Below, in pieces: positions 39,475-48,860 of a stretch of 64,000 nucleotides of DNA. The position numbers were made by a program, and so were the translations under genes. The stretch's first letter is position 1, and the number at the start of each line of letters is the position of its first letter. The notes under the pieces were generated by a model that had not been told where the DNA came from, made no database searches, and was given only the letters and a program-made list of their open reading frames with translations. Source of the stretch: Candidatus Hydrogenedentales bacterium (GTDB lineage: Bacteria > Hydrogenedentota > Hydrogenedentia > Hydrogenedentales > GCA-2746185); contig JBCLBO010000001.1 of the NCBI GenBank assembly GCA_038916785.1, positions 69,987 through 133,986 of the forward strand. The letters are read 5' to 3'.

Positions 39475-40500
39475 ATGGACCCGTACACGAACGGACTATT
39501 CGCCCGCGCGGCGCGCGGCGAGGCGACGCCCCGCCCGCCGATCTGGCTGATGCGCCAGGCGGGACGCACCGACCCTCAGTACAACGCGCTGCGCGAGCGC
39601 GACGGCCGGCCGCTGGAGCAATTGTTCGCCGATCCGGACGCCGCAGCGGAGATCTCGCTGCTGCCGAAACGCATCGGCGTGGACGCGATCATCTATTTCC
39701 AGGACATTCTCACGCCGCTCACGCCGATGGGCTGCCCCTTCGTGTTCCGGCCCGGGCCCGTCACCAACGCGCCGATCCGGGATGCGGCGGACGTTGCCAA
39801 GCTGCGAAAGTTTGATGTTGCCGCGGAACTTCCCTTTATCGCGCAGACCTTCAAGAACGTTACGCGCTCGCTGAACGGCGAATTGCCGGTGCTCGGTTTT
39901 GCCGGCGCGCCGGTCACGCTGGCGGTTTTCATGATCGAGGGCAAAAGTTTCGGCCACACCGCGGCGAAGGCGCTCGACTTTTTCGAGCAGCAGCCCGTGG
40001 CGACCCGGCTGCTGCTCGATTGCCTGACCGAAATGACGATTGAGTATCTGCGATACCAGATCGAATCCGGCGCGTTTGCGGTGCAACTCTTCGAGTCCGC
40101 GGCCAACCTCCTCACGCCCGCGCTCTACCGCAGCCTTGCGCTGCCTACGCACCGGCGCATCTTCGACGCGCTGCGGGGCAGCGCGCCGACGATCATGTTC
40201 GCGCGCGAGTGGGAGGACGTCGCCGATCTGCACGCCTCCGGCGCGGACATCCTGAGCATCCACAGCCGCGGCACGATCGCCGACGCGCGCGAGGTCGCCG
40301 GCCAGGACCGCGTCATCCAGGGCAACCTCAGCAACCGGCTCCTCTGCGAAGGGCCCCTCGCCGCCATCGAACGCGAAGCCCGCGCCATCGTCGAGTCCGG
40401 CGCCAGAAAGGGCCACCTCTTCAACCTCGACCACGGCCTCCTGCGCGAGACGCCTTTCGAACACGTCGAGCATCTTGTGCGTTTCGTCCGCAGCCTCTAA
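39475..40500 (+). CDS. hemE: Uroporphyrinogen decarboxylase
   Basis: PIWLMRQAGR, DAII..DIL, GFAGAP.TLA, QGNL, FNLDHG. Confidence 0.93.
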   Translation: MDPYTNGLFARAARGEATPRPPIWLMRQAGRTDPQYNALRERDGRPLEQLFADPDAAAEISLLPKRIGVDAIIYFQDILTPLTPMGCPFVFRPGPVTNAPIRDAADVAKLRKFDVAAELPFIAQTFKNVTRSLNGELPVLGFAGAPVTLAVFMIEGKSFGHTAAKALDFFEQQPVATRLLLDCLTEMTIEYLRYQIESGAFAVQLFESAANLLTPALYRSLALPTHRRIFDALRGSAPTIMFAREWEDVADLHASGADILSIHSRGTIADAREVAGQDRVIQGNLSNRLLCEGPLAAIEREARAIVESGARKGHLFNLDHGLLRETPFEHVEHLVRFVRSL

Positions 40501-40510
40501 GCGAAAAAGT

Positions 40511-40601
40511 AATAGACAGGATTAACAGGATTTAGCAGGATTTAAGGAACCGATTCATCAATCCTGTAAATCCTGAAAGGATCATGTCAATCCTGTCTAT
40601 T
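40511..40601. repeat. Miniature element of 9-nt-period repeats in inverted arrangement
   Basis: AATAGACAGGATTAACAGGATTTAGCAGGATT...AATCCTGTAAATCCTG...AATCCTGTCTATT; 13-bp perfect terminal IR. Confidence 0.75.
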
Positions 40602-40700
40602 TGCCCTTCGTCATTCGAAGCGCGACATGATCGCCTTCGAGTTGACCTCGTCCGGGGCTTGGCCGCGGGCGGGCGCACTAGCGGTCAACGCGCGCGATCC

Positions 40701-40772
40701 GTAGGGGCGGCCCCCCGTGGCCGCCCTGCGTCGACATGCGCGCCTAGGGCGGCCACGGGGGGCCGCCCCTAC
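40701..40772. repeat. REPIN (two inverted GTAG REPs)
   Basis: GTAGGGGCGGCCCCCCGTGGCCGCCCT...AGGGCGGCCACGGGGGGCCGCCCCTAC. Confidence 0.85.
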
Positions 40773-41200
40773 GGTGACGTTGCGAGCGAGAGAATCCATT
40801 CGCGGATCAGCGCCACGCCCTCGTCGTGGACGATGGTGCGGCCGATCTGCGGCATGCGGATGAAGGGGTGCGTCGAGCCGAGGCGCGTGAGCAGGAAGGA
40901 CGCGTCGGGGTTGCCGGGGACGATGGCGTAGTTGCGTCCGCGCGAGGCGTTGCCGGCCGCGGTCGGCTTGTGAAATACGCCCGGCCGGTGGATGAGCGCC
41001 TCGTCCAGCGTGAACACGAGTTGCGTCGGCCCCGCGAGACCTTTCGGGTTGTGGCACTGCGCGCAGTTGATGTCGAGGTAGCCTAGCGCGCGCTGTTCGA
41101 GCGTGCCGCTCGCGGGATCGTTCCACACATACGCCGCGCCGACCCAGCCCTCCGGCGCGTGGATGAGCAGCCGCGTTTCGATCAGCCGGCGGCCCGACGC
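40769..41200 (-). pseudogene. Remnant of an SO2930-like c-type cytochrome
   Basis: IETRLLIH..GW.GAAYVWN joined directly to DP..TLEQRALGYLDINCAQCH...MPQIGR; upstream stop and no proper start. Confidence 0.7.
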
Positions 41201-41226
41201 TCATGAGCGCGATAAACGCAACAAGG

Positions 41227-41782
41227 GGGAGGGTCGCGCTCCCGCGCGACCGCGTGCGCACCGGCGATCTCACCATTGAAGATCAAACAACTCGCCCTGA
41301 AAGGGCCAATCCTCTGACCTGGCAACCAAGCCATGCCTCACCGGATTATTTCGGACGTACTCCCATTTCTCGGCGTACTGTATTGCCGTCCGCATTCTCG
41401 TGTCCCATTGATTTCTTTGCCACCTCTCTTCGGGTCGCCCGCGCGATCGGGTGAACTGGGACTTCCAATACTTCATCCATGCGTCCAGATCGAGTTCGCT
41501 CTCTCCTGGCACGGCAAACAGGCGGATATGATCGGGCATCACGACGTAGCGCGCGATGTGCCAGGCGTCGGCGCGCTTCCAGGCGCCGAGAACCAGGTCG
41601 TGACACTCGGGATTCGCGAGCCACGGCTCGCGGTCTTTCGTACAGACCGTGACAAACACGATCGTTGGAGTGTCAATGGCGACGTGAACGCCGCCGGCCG
41701 GGCGCTTTCTGATTGGAAGTTTCGGGTTGTCAGGCATGGGGTTGCCTCTAATTATTCGGTCGCGCGGGAGCGCGACCCTCCC
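41227..41782. mobile_element. REPtron: RAYT gene flanked by perfect 26-bp inverted GGAG-type REPs
   Basis: GGGAGGGTCGCGCTCCCGCGCGACCG (41227-41252) and its exact reverse complement (41757-41782). Confidence 0.88.
41270..41737 (-). CDS. REP-associated tyrosine transposase (RAYT, IS200-like Y1)
   Basis: FVTVCT, YVVMPDHIRL, WQRNQWD, YVRNNPVRHGLV...DWPF. Confidence 0.9.
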   Translation of the reverse strand: MPDNPKLPIRKRPAGGVHVAIDTPTIVFVTVCTKDREPWLANPECHDLVLGAWKRADAWHIARYVVMPDHIRLFAVPGESELDLDAWMKYWKSQFTRSRGRPEERWQRNQWDTRMRTAIQYAEKWEYVRNNPVRHGLVARSEDWPFQGELFDLQW

Positions 41783-41799
41783 GGGTTCGTCCGTGCACT

Positions 41800-42897
41800 C
41801 TATTTCTTCAAGATTCCGCCGCGGCTGGAGCTTAGGTAGATGCCCTTGAGGTTCATTTCGAGTTCGTCGGAGTTGTCGGAGTTCTTGATCGCTTCTTCGA
41901 GCGTGACCAGATCCTTTTTGACGAGCTCGACGAGCGACATGTTGAAGGTCTGCATGCCCGCTTCACGGCCCCCCATGATCGCCGTGGGGATCTGCTTGTT
42001 CAGGCCGTCGCGGATCAGCTGCGCGATGGCCGGGTTGACGTACATGATCTCGACCGCGGGCACGCGGCCATTGCCGTCCTTCGAAGGAACGAGACGCTGC
42101 GCGACGGTGCCCTTGAGCTGCAGCGCGAGTTGCGAGCGGATCTGGTTGTGCTCCACCGCGGGGAACATGTCGAGGATGCGGTCCATCGTCAGCATGCAGT
42201 TTGTCGTGTGCAGCGTCGAGAAGACCAGGTGGCCCGTTTCCGAGGCGGACATCGCCGCGCTGAAGGTCTCCTGGTCGCGCATTTCGCCGATGAGAATCAC
42301 GTCCGGGTCTTCGCGCATCGCCGCGCGCAGGGCCGTCTTGAAGTCCTTCGTGTCAATGCCGATCTCGCGCTGGGTGACGACGGATTTCTTGTTCTGGTGA
42401 AGGAACTCGATCGGGTCTTCGAGCGTGATGATGTGATCGCGGCGCGTGCGGTTGATGCGATCGATGATGCTGGCGAGCGTGGTGGATTTGCCGGAACCCG
42501 TCGTGCCGGTGACGAGGATGAGCCCGCGGCGCATCGTGACGACGTGCTCAAGGCCGGCGGGTAGATTCAGTTCCTCAAACTTGAGGATCTTCCCCTTCAC
42601 GTGGCGCATGATGATGCCGATCGAGCCGCGCTGCTTGAGCACGTTCACTCGGAACCGCCCCAGGCCCGGCACGCTGAGCGCGACGTCGGCGTCGCCGGTT
42701 TCGTCGAAGTGGGCGCGCTGGTGCGGCTTGAAGATTTCCTCGAGAAACTTGTCCGTGTGCTCCATCTTCAGCGGAGTTTCACTGAAGGCGCGCATCTCGC
42801 CGTCCACGCGGCAGGCGGGCGGGCTGCCGACGGCGAGGTGGACGTCCGAGGCACCGTGTTCAACGGCGTAGCTGAGGATGTCGTGAAGAGATGGCAT
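41800..42897 (-). CDS. pilT: PilT/PilU family retraction ATPase
   Basis: ASDVHL, GTTGSGKSTT, TLEDPIEF, AMREDPDVILIGEMRD, TGHLVFSTLHT, GMQTF. Confidence 0.93.
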   Translation of the reverse strand: MPSLHDILSYAVEHGASDVHLAVGSPPACRVDGEMRAFSETPLKMEHTDKFLEEIFKPHQRAHFDETGDADVALSVPGLGRFRVNVLKQRGSIGIIMRHVKGKILKFEELNLPAGLEHVVTMRRGLILVTGTTGSGKSTTLASIIDRINRTRRDHIITLEDPIEFLHQNKKSVVTQREIGIDTKDFKTALRAAMREDPDVILIGEMRDQETFSAAMSASETGHLVFSTLHTTNCMLTMDRILDMFPAVEHNQIRSQLALQLKGTVAQRLVPSKDGNGRVPAVEIMYVNPAIAQLIRDGLNKQIPTAIMGGREAGMQTFNMSLVELVKKDLVTLEEAIKNSDNSDELEMNLKGIYLSSSRGGILKK

Positions 42898-42957
42898 GGG
42901 TGTAATTCCTCCGCAACCGCACGAAGTATAACAAAACTGTAGATGCCGAAACGGCGG

Positions 42958-43758
42958 CTACGCGGGTTCCTCGGGTGCGGCCATGCCGAGGACGTGGTAG
43001 CCGCTGTCGACGTGGAGGATTTCGCCGGTCACGCCGGAGCTGAGGTCGGACAGGAGATAGACGCAGGAGCGCGCGACATCGTCCTGGGTGACGTTGCGGC
43101 GCAATGGCGCGACCTGCTCGGTGAGGCGCAGCATCTGGCGGAAGCCGGGGAACGCCGCGGACGACAGCGTGCGCAGGGGGCCGGCGCTGATGCAATTGAC
43201 GCGAATGCCGCGCGGGCCGAGGTCCGCCGCGAGGTAGCGCGCGGAGGCCTCGAGCGCGGCCTTGGCGACGCCCATGACATTGTATTTCGGAATAACTTTC
43301 TCGCTGCCGTAGTACGTCATCGCCGCGATGCTGCCGCCGGACGCGGGGAAGAGCGGCTCCGCAGCGCGGGCCAGCGCGACGAGCGAATAAGCCGAGATAT
43401 CGAGCGCGAGCGCGAAGTGGTCGCGCGGCGTATCGACATAGCGCCCTTTGAGGTCGTCGCGATCGGCGTACGCGACCGAATGAATCAGGAAGTCGAGGTG
43501 GCCCCACTTCGCGCGGATCGCGTCGAAGAATCCCGCGATCTCCGCGTCCTTCGTCACGTCGCAGGGCGCCATCAGCGCGCCGGGCATGGCCGCGTCGATC
43601 AGCGCTTTTACGCGCTTCTCCTGCGCCTCACCGAGATAGGTGAAGGCGAGTTCCGCGCCCTGCGCGTGGCAGGCCCCGGCGCAGGCCCACGCGATGGACT
43701 TGTCGTTGGCGACGCCGGTGACAATGCCTCGTTTGCCGGCGAGTAGGCCTTGGCTCAA
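42958..43758 (-). CDS. fabI: Enoyl-ACP reductase
   Basis: GVANDKSIAW, DISAYSL, YNVMGVAKAALE, ISAGPLRTL. Confidence 0.96.
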   Translation of the reverse strand: MSQGLLAGKRGIVTGVANDKSIAWACAGACHAQGAELAFTYLGEAQEKRVKALIDAAMPGALMAPCDVTKDAEIAGFFDAIRAKWGHLDFLIHSVAYADRDDLKGRYVDTPRDHFALALDISAYSLVALARAAEPLFPASGGSIAAMTYYGSEKVIPKYNVMGVAKAALEASARYLAADLGPRGIRVNCISAGPLRTLSSAAFPGFRQMLRLTEQVAPLRRNVTQDDVARSCVYLLSDLSSGVTGEILHVDSGYHVLGMAAPEEPA

Positions 43759-43921
43759 GGTTTAATCCCCCGAATGCGACGGTGCGCGGTGCGCATTGTA
43801 GCCGCAGGGGATAGGGCCGCGCACGGTCCCGTCCGCGGCCGCAAATTGACTGAACCCCGCGGCGCGATTATCGTATAGCGCCTGACCGGGGGACGGCGGG
43901 AAATAACGGAGGAAGTCTTTC

Positions 43922-44851
43922 ATGGCGAAGATGGACGCGGGTCGCTTTGCGTATTTCGACGGGGATTTTCGGCCGATCGAGGACGCGAAGGTAAGCATTT
44001 TGACCCACGCGTTTAACTACGGCACCGGGCTGTTCGAGGGGATTCGCGGGTACTACAGCGCAGCCGAGGACAAGGTGCTGATTTTTCGGTTGAAGGAACA
44101 CGTCGATCGGCTCACGCGCAATTGCAACATCCTGTGCATGGACATCAAGGAGACCGCGGCGGACATCGAGCGGATTTGCTGCGAGCTGGTCAAGAGGAAC
44201 GGTTTCAAGGAGGACGTCTACCTCCGGCCAATTATCTACAAGAGTGAGCATTCCCTCGTGCCGAAGCTGAAGGGGATCGAGTCCAAGTTTTGTTGCTGGA
44301 ACATCAAGCTCGGCGACTACGTCAACGTGGACACCGGCTTGGACGTGTGCGTCTCGTCCTGGCGGCGCGTTTCGGACAACGCCATCCCCGCGCGCGCGAA
44401 AACGACCGGCAGCTATGTCAATTCCGCGCTGGCGCGCAGCGAGGCCGAGCTGGCCGGGTTCGATGAGGCCATAGTCCTGCAGGAAGACGGCATGGCCTCC
44501 GAAGGCAGCGCGATGAACATTTTTATGGTGAAAGACGGAAAGCTGATCACGCCGCCCGAGAACGGCGACGTGCTCGTGGGGATCACGCGGAACTCCGTGA
44601 TTGAAATCGCCAATGAAGAATTGGGAATGCACGTGGTCGAGCGGCCGATCGCGCGCACGGAGTTGTACCTGTGCGACGAACTCTTCTTCACCGGCACGGG
44701 CGCGCAAGTCGCCCCGGTGCGCTCCGTCGATCGGCGACTGATCGGAAACGGGAAACCGGGGCCGGTGTCGAAGAAACTCCAGGACATCTACTTCGAGGTC
44801 GTGCAAGGCAAGGTCGCCAAGTATCGCCGCTGGTGCACGCCGGTCGAGTAG
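43922..44851 (+). CDS. ilvE: Branched-chain amino acid aminotransferase
   Basis: HAFNYGTGLFEGIR, AKTTGSYVNS, EGSAMNIF, GITR, FFTGTGAQV. Confidence 0.95.
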   Translation: MAKMDAGRFAYFDGDFRPIEDAKVSILTHAFNYGTGLFEGIRGYYSAAEDKVLIFRLKEHVDRLTRNCNILCMDIKETAADIERICCELVKRNGFKEDVYLRPIIYKSEHSLVPKLKGIESKFCCWNIKLGDYVNVDTGLDVCVSSWRRVSDNAIPARAKTTGSYVNSALARSEAELAGFDEAIVLQEDGMASEGSAMNIFMVKDGKLITPPENGDVLVGITRNSVIEIANEELGMHVVERPIARTELYLCDELFFTGTGAQVAPVRSVDRRLIGNGKPGPVSKKLQDIYFEVVQGKVAKYRRWCTPVE

Positions 44852-44872
44852 CTCCGCGCGCGTGGTGTATAG

Positions 44873-45583
44873 TTGCGGCCGGGGCGATCCCGCGGAGTCA
44901 GCGTCTTGTCGCATTCCGTTTCCGAATCCGAACTCCGCGCGTGCATGTGCGAGATTGGCCGGCGCATGTATGCGCGCAATCTCGTCGCCGCCACCGACGG
45001 CAACATCAGCGTGCGCATTGGCGAGGGCCGCTTTTTGTGCACGCCCAGCGGCTCGGCCTGCGGCTTCATGCATCCGCATGAAATGGTGATCGCCGACGCC
45101 CACGGCAAGAAACTCGAAGGCGAAGGCCGGGTCTCCTCCGAATTTTTCACCCACCTCGCGGTATATGAGCAGCGGCCGGACATCCAGGCCGTCGTGCACG
45201 CACATCCGCCGATCACCGTTGCCTTCACCTTGGCAGGGTGTTCGCTGACGGATTTGGTGTTGCCGGAGGTCGTCTTCGCAGTGGGGGGGATTCCCACCGC
45301 GCCCTACGCTACGCCCGGCACGCGCGAAGGGGCCGATGCCGTCCGAGGACTCGCCGCGCACTGCGACGCGCTGCTGATGGATCGGCACGGCGCGCTCACG
45401 ATGGGGGTGAGCCTGATGGATGCGTATTTGAAGATGGAAAAGATTGAACACGCCGCGGCAACGTTGCTCGCGGCGCGCTCATTGGGAAATATTCGAACGC
45501 TCTCTGGGGATGAGATGCAGCGGATACTCAACGCGCGGGTGGCCTACGGGGCGACGGGTAAGCTGTATCTTCCGAAGGATTAG
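44873..45583 (+). CDS. Class II aldolase/adducin family protein (start may be 44906)
   Basis: DGNISVR, TPSG, SSE...H..VY..RPD..AVVHAHP, HGA. Confidence 0.92.
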   Translation: MRPGRSRGVSVLSHSVSESELRACMCEIGRRMYARNLVAATDGNISVRIGEGRFLCTPSGSACGFMHPHEMVIADAHGKKLEGEGRVSSEFFTHLAVYEQRPDIQAVVHAHPPITVAFTLAGCSLTDLVLPEVVFAVGGIPTAPYATPGTREGADAVRGLAAHCDALLMDRHGALTMGVSLMDAYLKMEKIEHAAATLLAARSLGNIRTLSGDEMQRILNARVAYGATGKLYLPKD

Positions 45584-45845
45584 TGACGTTATTATTAGGG
45601 GGGCAGATTCTTCGGGAAGTCTCTTGAAATTACTGCTAATTATATGTAAAATACGCCTCGTGCGTTCTCGGAACCAATTGAACGCTGTGGTATGCTCTGC
45701 GTCATATAGTTAGGGAAGCACGATTTTCCGTCCGCCGGGCCGTGGGGCTAGGTGTTGTCTCCAAAGTCCTGGGCTGCGGGGTCTATATAGTGCCAGACGA
45801 GGAATGTCGTATGCGAGTGCATCTCGGAGCGGAGCCTTACGCGCA

Positions 45846-46862
45846 ATGAGCGACGATGTCTCATCAGAAAAGATGCGGGTGTGTCCGAGTTGCCGTATGC
45901 AGATCAGCGTGCTGGCGACGAAGTGCCGTTTCTGCGGCGAGGAAGTCGGCAAGCCCAAGGACGAGACGCGCACGCTGTCGATCCACGATCTGGGCGGCGA
46001 ACATGTGTATCACAAGGCGCCCTCCGGCAGCGTGATGGAAGCCATCGAGGCCTTCCGCGTCGATGAGGCGCTTCAACAAAGCAGTCCGCTTGGCGCCCTC
46101 GATTCACTCGATCTCGGCATTGACCCGAACCAAAAGATTCCGGGTTCCGGGAACGCGCCTTCGGCCTTCGACGTGGAGTATCGTCCCACGCCATCGGCGA
46201 GTTCGAAGGCCAAGAAGGCCGTGCCCAAGAGCAAGACCGGATTGATTGCGGGGATCGCGTTGGGGGCCGTGGTCGTGATCGCGGCGGTCACGGCGGGTCC
46301 GCTGGTGCTCAGTAGGTTCAACCAGCCCGAGGTGGATCCCAACGCGGTCGTTTACGTGAACCGTGCGCCGGGCATTCTGCGAGACGGCGGTCCGGCGATC
46401 GACGCCTTGACGGCGGCGGTCGACGCGATCGGGCAAGGGGACAATCCGAAGAACCGGCGGATCGCCGAGGAAGCAGTGGCGGCGCTCGAAAAGGAAGTGA
46501 TGGAAAAATTGAACGCGGCCCCCTTCGACACCGCAAACCTGAATGCGGCGTCCAGCTTGGCGACCCGCGGCGCCGATCTGTATCCGAGCGAAGTGACCCG
46601 GCGGCTAGTCTCGGAGACGAAGGACGACAATCGTATGTACAAAATGGTGCTGGTGAATATAGATTCCGAGACGGATACCGCCACGTTCAAGCTGCTGGAG
46701 GACGGAGCGCCGGACGTGAGCGTACGCGAGAAGGAATACGTCTCGGCGCGCTTTTTGGTCCGCAGCATCGTGGGCCGCAAGTCCGTCACGCTGGTGGACA
46801 CGAGGCGGTCGAATCGGGCGGTGATGTACGAAGTGGGCAGTCCGCCCCTGCCGGCACACTGA
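45846..46862 (+). CDS. Hypothetical membrane protein with N-terminal zinc ribbon
   Basis: CPSC..CRFC, one central TM helix. Confidence 0.75.
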   Translation: MSDDVSSEKMRVCPSCRMQISVLATKCRFCGEEVGKPKDETRTLSIHDLGGEHVYHKAPSGSVMEAIEAFRVDEALQQSSPLGALDSLDLGIDPNQKIPGSGNAPSAFDVEYRPTPSASSKAKKAVPKSKTGLIAGIALGAVVVIAAVTAGPLVLSRFNQPEVDPNAVVYVNRAPGILRDGGPAIDALTAAVDAIGQGDNPKNRRIAEEAVAALEKEVMEKLNAAPFDTANLNAASSLATRGADLYPSEVTRRLVSETKDDNRMYKMVLVNIDSETDTATFKLLEDGAPDVSVREKEYVSARFLVRSIVGRKSVTLVDTRRSNRAVMYEVGSPPLPAH

Positions 46863-46909
46863 CGGGCGCGGGAATTCCGGAATCGGAAGTGCCGGAGGGA
46901 GTGGGGGCC

Positions 46910-47503
46910 ATGCGGGCAGTCGGGTTCTTGAAGTATGCCGCGGCGATGGTCGCGCTGTGTGCCGCGGGGTGCGCGAGCACGGGCGGCACTTCGGCGGCGG
47001 GTGCGGCTTCGTCCGCTCCGACTCAGGAAGAGCTGCAAGCCAAGCTGCACGCGTCGGTCGAAGAAGAAGTGGCGAGCGCGCGCAAGAGCCAAGGTGCGGC
47101 GCGCAACGCGATCATTTACAAGCGGCCCTATTACTACAAGGAATATTTTGAATTCCCCGGCGGCGAGCCGGTGTATTCGCTCGATTTTACGGAGAAGGAA
47201 TCGCGCACGGTGCCGCTGACTGCGGAACTGGAAGTCGAAAAGGTGCGCTACGCGACGCGATTTAAGACCGAGCGCGACGCCGTGCAGGGCGACGAAAACT
47301 ACCTGCGCAGCCACGGCATCAATTACATCTCCTACGAGCTGCGCAACGGCGAGTGGCGGCGCGTGGGCGATCTTTTTCTGGCCGACTCGACTCAGGAAAA
47401 TATTGGAGGCGAGTGGACGCAGATTAATGAAGAAAAGCGGCCCGCTGCGCTTGTCGAAACCGAGTCCAAGGGCTGGTTCGAGCGGCTGAAGTTCTGGAAG
47501 TAG
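46910..47503 (+). CDS. Hypothetical lipoprotein
   Basis: Lipobox AAGC after a hydrophobic signal; KGWFERLKFWK tail. Confidence 0.75.
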   Translation: MRAVGFLKYAAAMVALCAAGCASTGGTSAAGAASSAPTQEELQAKLHASVEEEVASARKSQGAARNAIIYKRPYYYKEYFEFPGGEPVYSLDFTEKESRTVPLTAELEVEKVRYATRFKTERDAVQGDENYLRSHGINYISYELRNGEWRRVGDLFLADSTQENIGGEWTQINEEKRPAALVETESKGWFERLKFWK

Positions 47504-47512
47504 GCCGGGCGC

Positions 47513-48811
47513 TTGGGTCCCGCGGAGCCAGAGGCGCATCCCTCGCGCGGCATAGCCGCCGGATTGGCCATCGTCGCGCTCGCCGCCGCGTGGGTCCTTC
47601 TCGGCACGCGCCCCGAGCGATCATACGGGGACACGCTTTTCAGCCGCCTTGCGACCGTCTATTCACTCTCCGAATACGGCCGCTGGGCGATCGCCGATCC
47701 CGCGATCGGACTCTCCAACCCCTTCGAGCCGCGCACGATCGATAAAGTCGAGGTCGATGGCCGCATCGTGTCGAGCAAGCCGCCGCTGCTACCGCTGCTG
47801 ATGATGTCGGAGCTGCTCGTGCTGAGTCCCGTTACAGGCTGGTTGTTGGAGGATCCGCCGGACCTGAAGCGGGCCGTGTGGATACTCACGCTGACCTGGT
47901 CCGGGTTGCCGTTTGTACTGATGATCCTGTGCGTGTGGCTCACCGTGCGCCGATGCCTGCCCGGCAGCACCGCGGCGCCGGCCTTCCTTGCATTCGCCGC
48001 GGCTGCGGGCACGCAGGCGGCCGTGTATGCCACCGTGTTCAACAACCACGTGATCGCCGCCGCGGCCGTGTCCGCGAGTTTTCTCTTCGCGCTTCGGCTC
48101 CACGAGCGGGAAGCCTGGCGAGACGCCGCCGCATTTGGACTCAGCGCTGGTCTCTGCGCGACGATGGACATCCCTACGGCGATTTACCCCGCGCTGCTCG
48201 GGCTGTGGCTGGCGCGCACGCGGCTGCGCGTACTCATGGTCTTCGCGGCGCCCGCGGCGGCGCTGCTGATTGCGATACAAACCGCCGCGCTGTTGGCTGC
48301 AACCGGAAGCCCGCTGCCGGTGCAGATGCACGGCGACTGGTACTTGTATGAGAGCAGCTACTGGCGCAATCCCGGCGGCGTCGACGCCTTGGCCGATCCC
48401 AAGGGCCACTACCTCTTTCACATCACGCTGGGCCGCGTCGGCCTGTTCTCGCTGTTTCCGGTGACCCTGCTGGGCCTTGCGGGTCTCGTCGCCGCGCGCC
48501 GGAATGGCGACGTGCGGAGTAGAGCAATTACGGCGATCGGTGCAGCGGCCTCCGCGATACTCTTGGTCTACTACGCCTTGACGACGAACAACTACGGCGG
48601 CGAGGCCTTTGGTTTTCGCTGGTCGATTGCCGTCGCCCCCGTCATGTTGGTGATGGCGGCGCCGGCGATGGCCCGCGTTCGCCGCCCGTGGCAATGGTGC
48701 CTGATCTTCGCGATGTTGGCCGTCTCGGTTTTCTCCGCCATGCAGGGCGCTCAGCACCCGTGGCAGACCAACACCGAATGGACAACGCGGATTTTTGGCG
48801 CGAGTTTATAG
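47513..48811 (+). CDS. Polytopic membrane protein, GT-C glycosyltransferase-like
   Basis: SRLATVYSL, DK..V.G...SSKPP, FNNH, YGG..FG.RW; many TM segments. Confidence 0.65.
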   Translation: MGPAEPEAHPSRGIAAGLAIVALAAAWVLLGTRPERSYGDTLFSRLATVYSLSEYGRWAIADPAIGLSNPFEPRTIDKVEVDGRIVSSKPPLLPLLMMSELLVLSPVTGWLLEDPPDLKRAVWILTLTWSGLPFVLMILCVWLTVRRCLPGSTAAPAFLAFAAAAGTQAAVYATVFNNHVIAAAAVSASFLFALRLHEREAWRDAAAFGLSAGLCATMDIPTAIYPALLGLWLARTRLRVLMVFAAPAAALLIAIQTAALLAATGSPLPVQMHGDWYLYESSYWRNPGGVDALADPKGHYLFHITLGRVGLFSLFPVTLLGLAGLVAARRNGDVRSRAITAIGAAASAILLVYYALTTNNYGGEAFGFRWSIAVAPVMLVMAAPAMARVRRPWQWCLIFAMLAVSVFSAMQGAQHPWQTNTEWTTRIFGASL

Positions 48812-48860
48812 GCCGGGTCTGCGAACGCGGCGACCCCGTTTCCGCCGCCGGCTTCCCCCG

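Noticed and set aside
40511-40601. Short tandem repeats as a possible CRISPR array
   Set aside because: 9-nt period, no unique spacers, no cas genes
41800-42897. PilT as part of the Tad system
   Set aside because: It is 14 kb away in a different operon; Tad systems use CpaF, so it more likely serves a type IVa pilus encoded elsewhere
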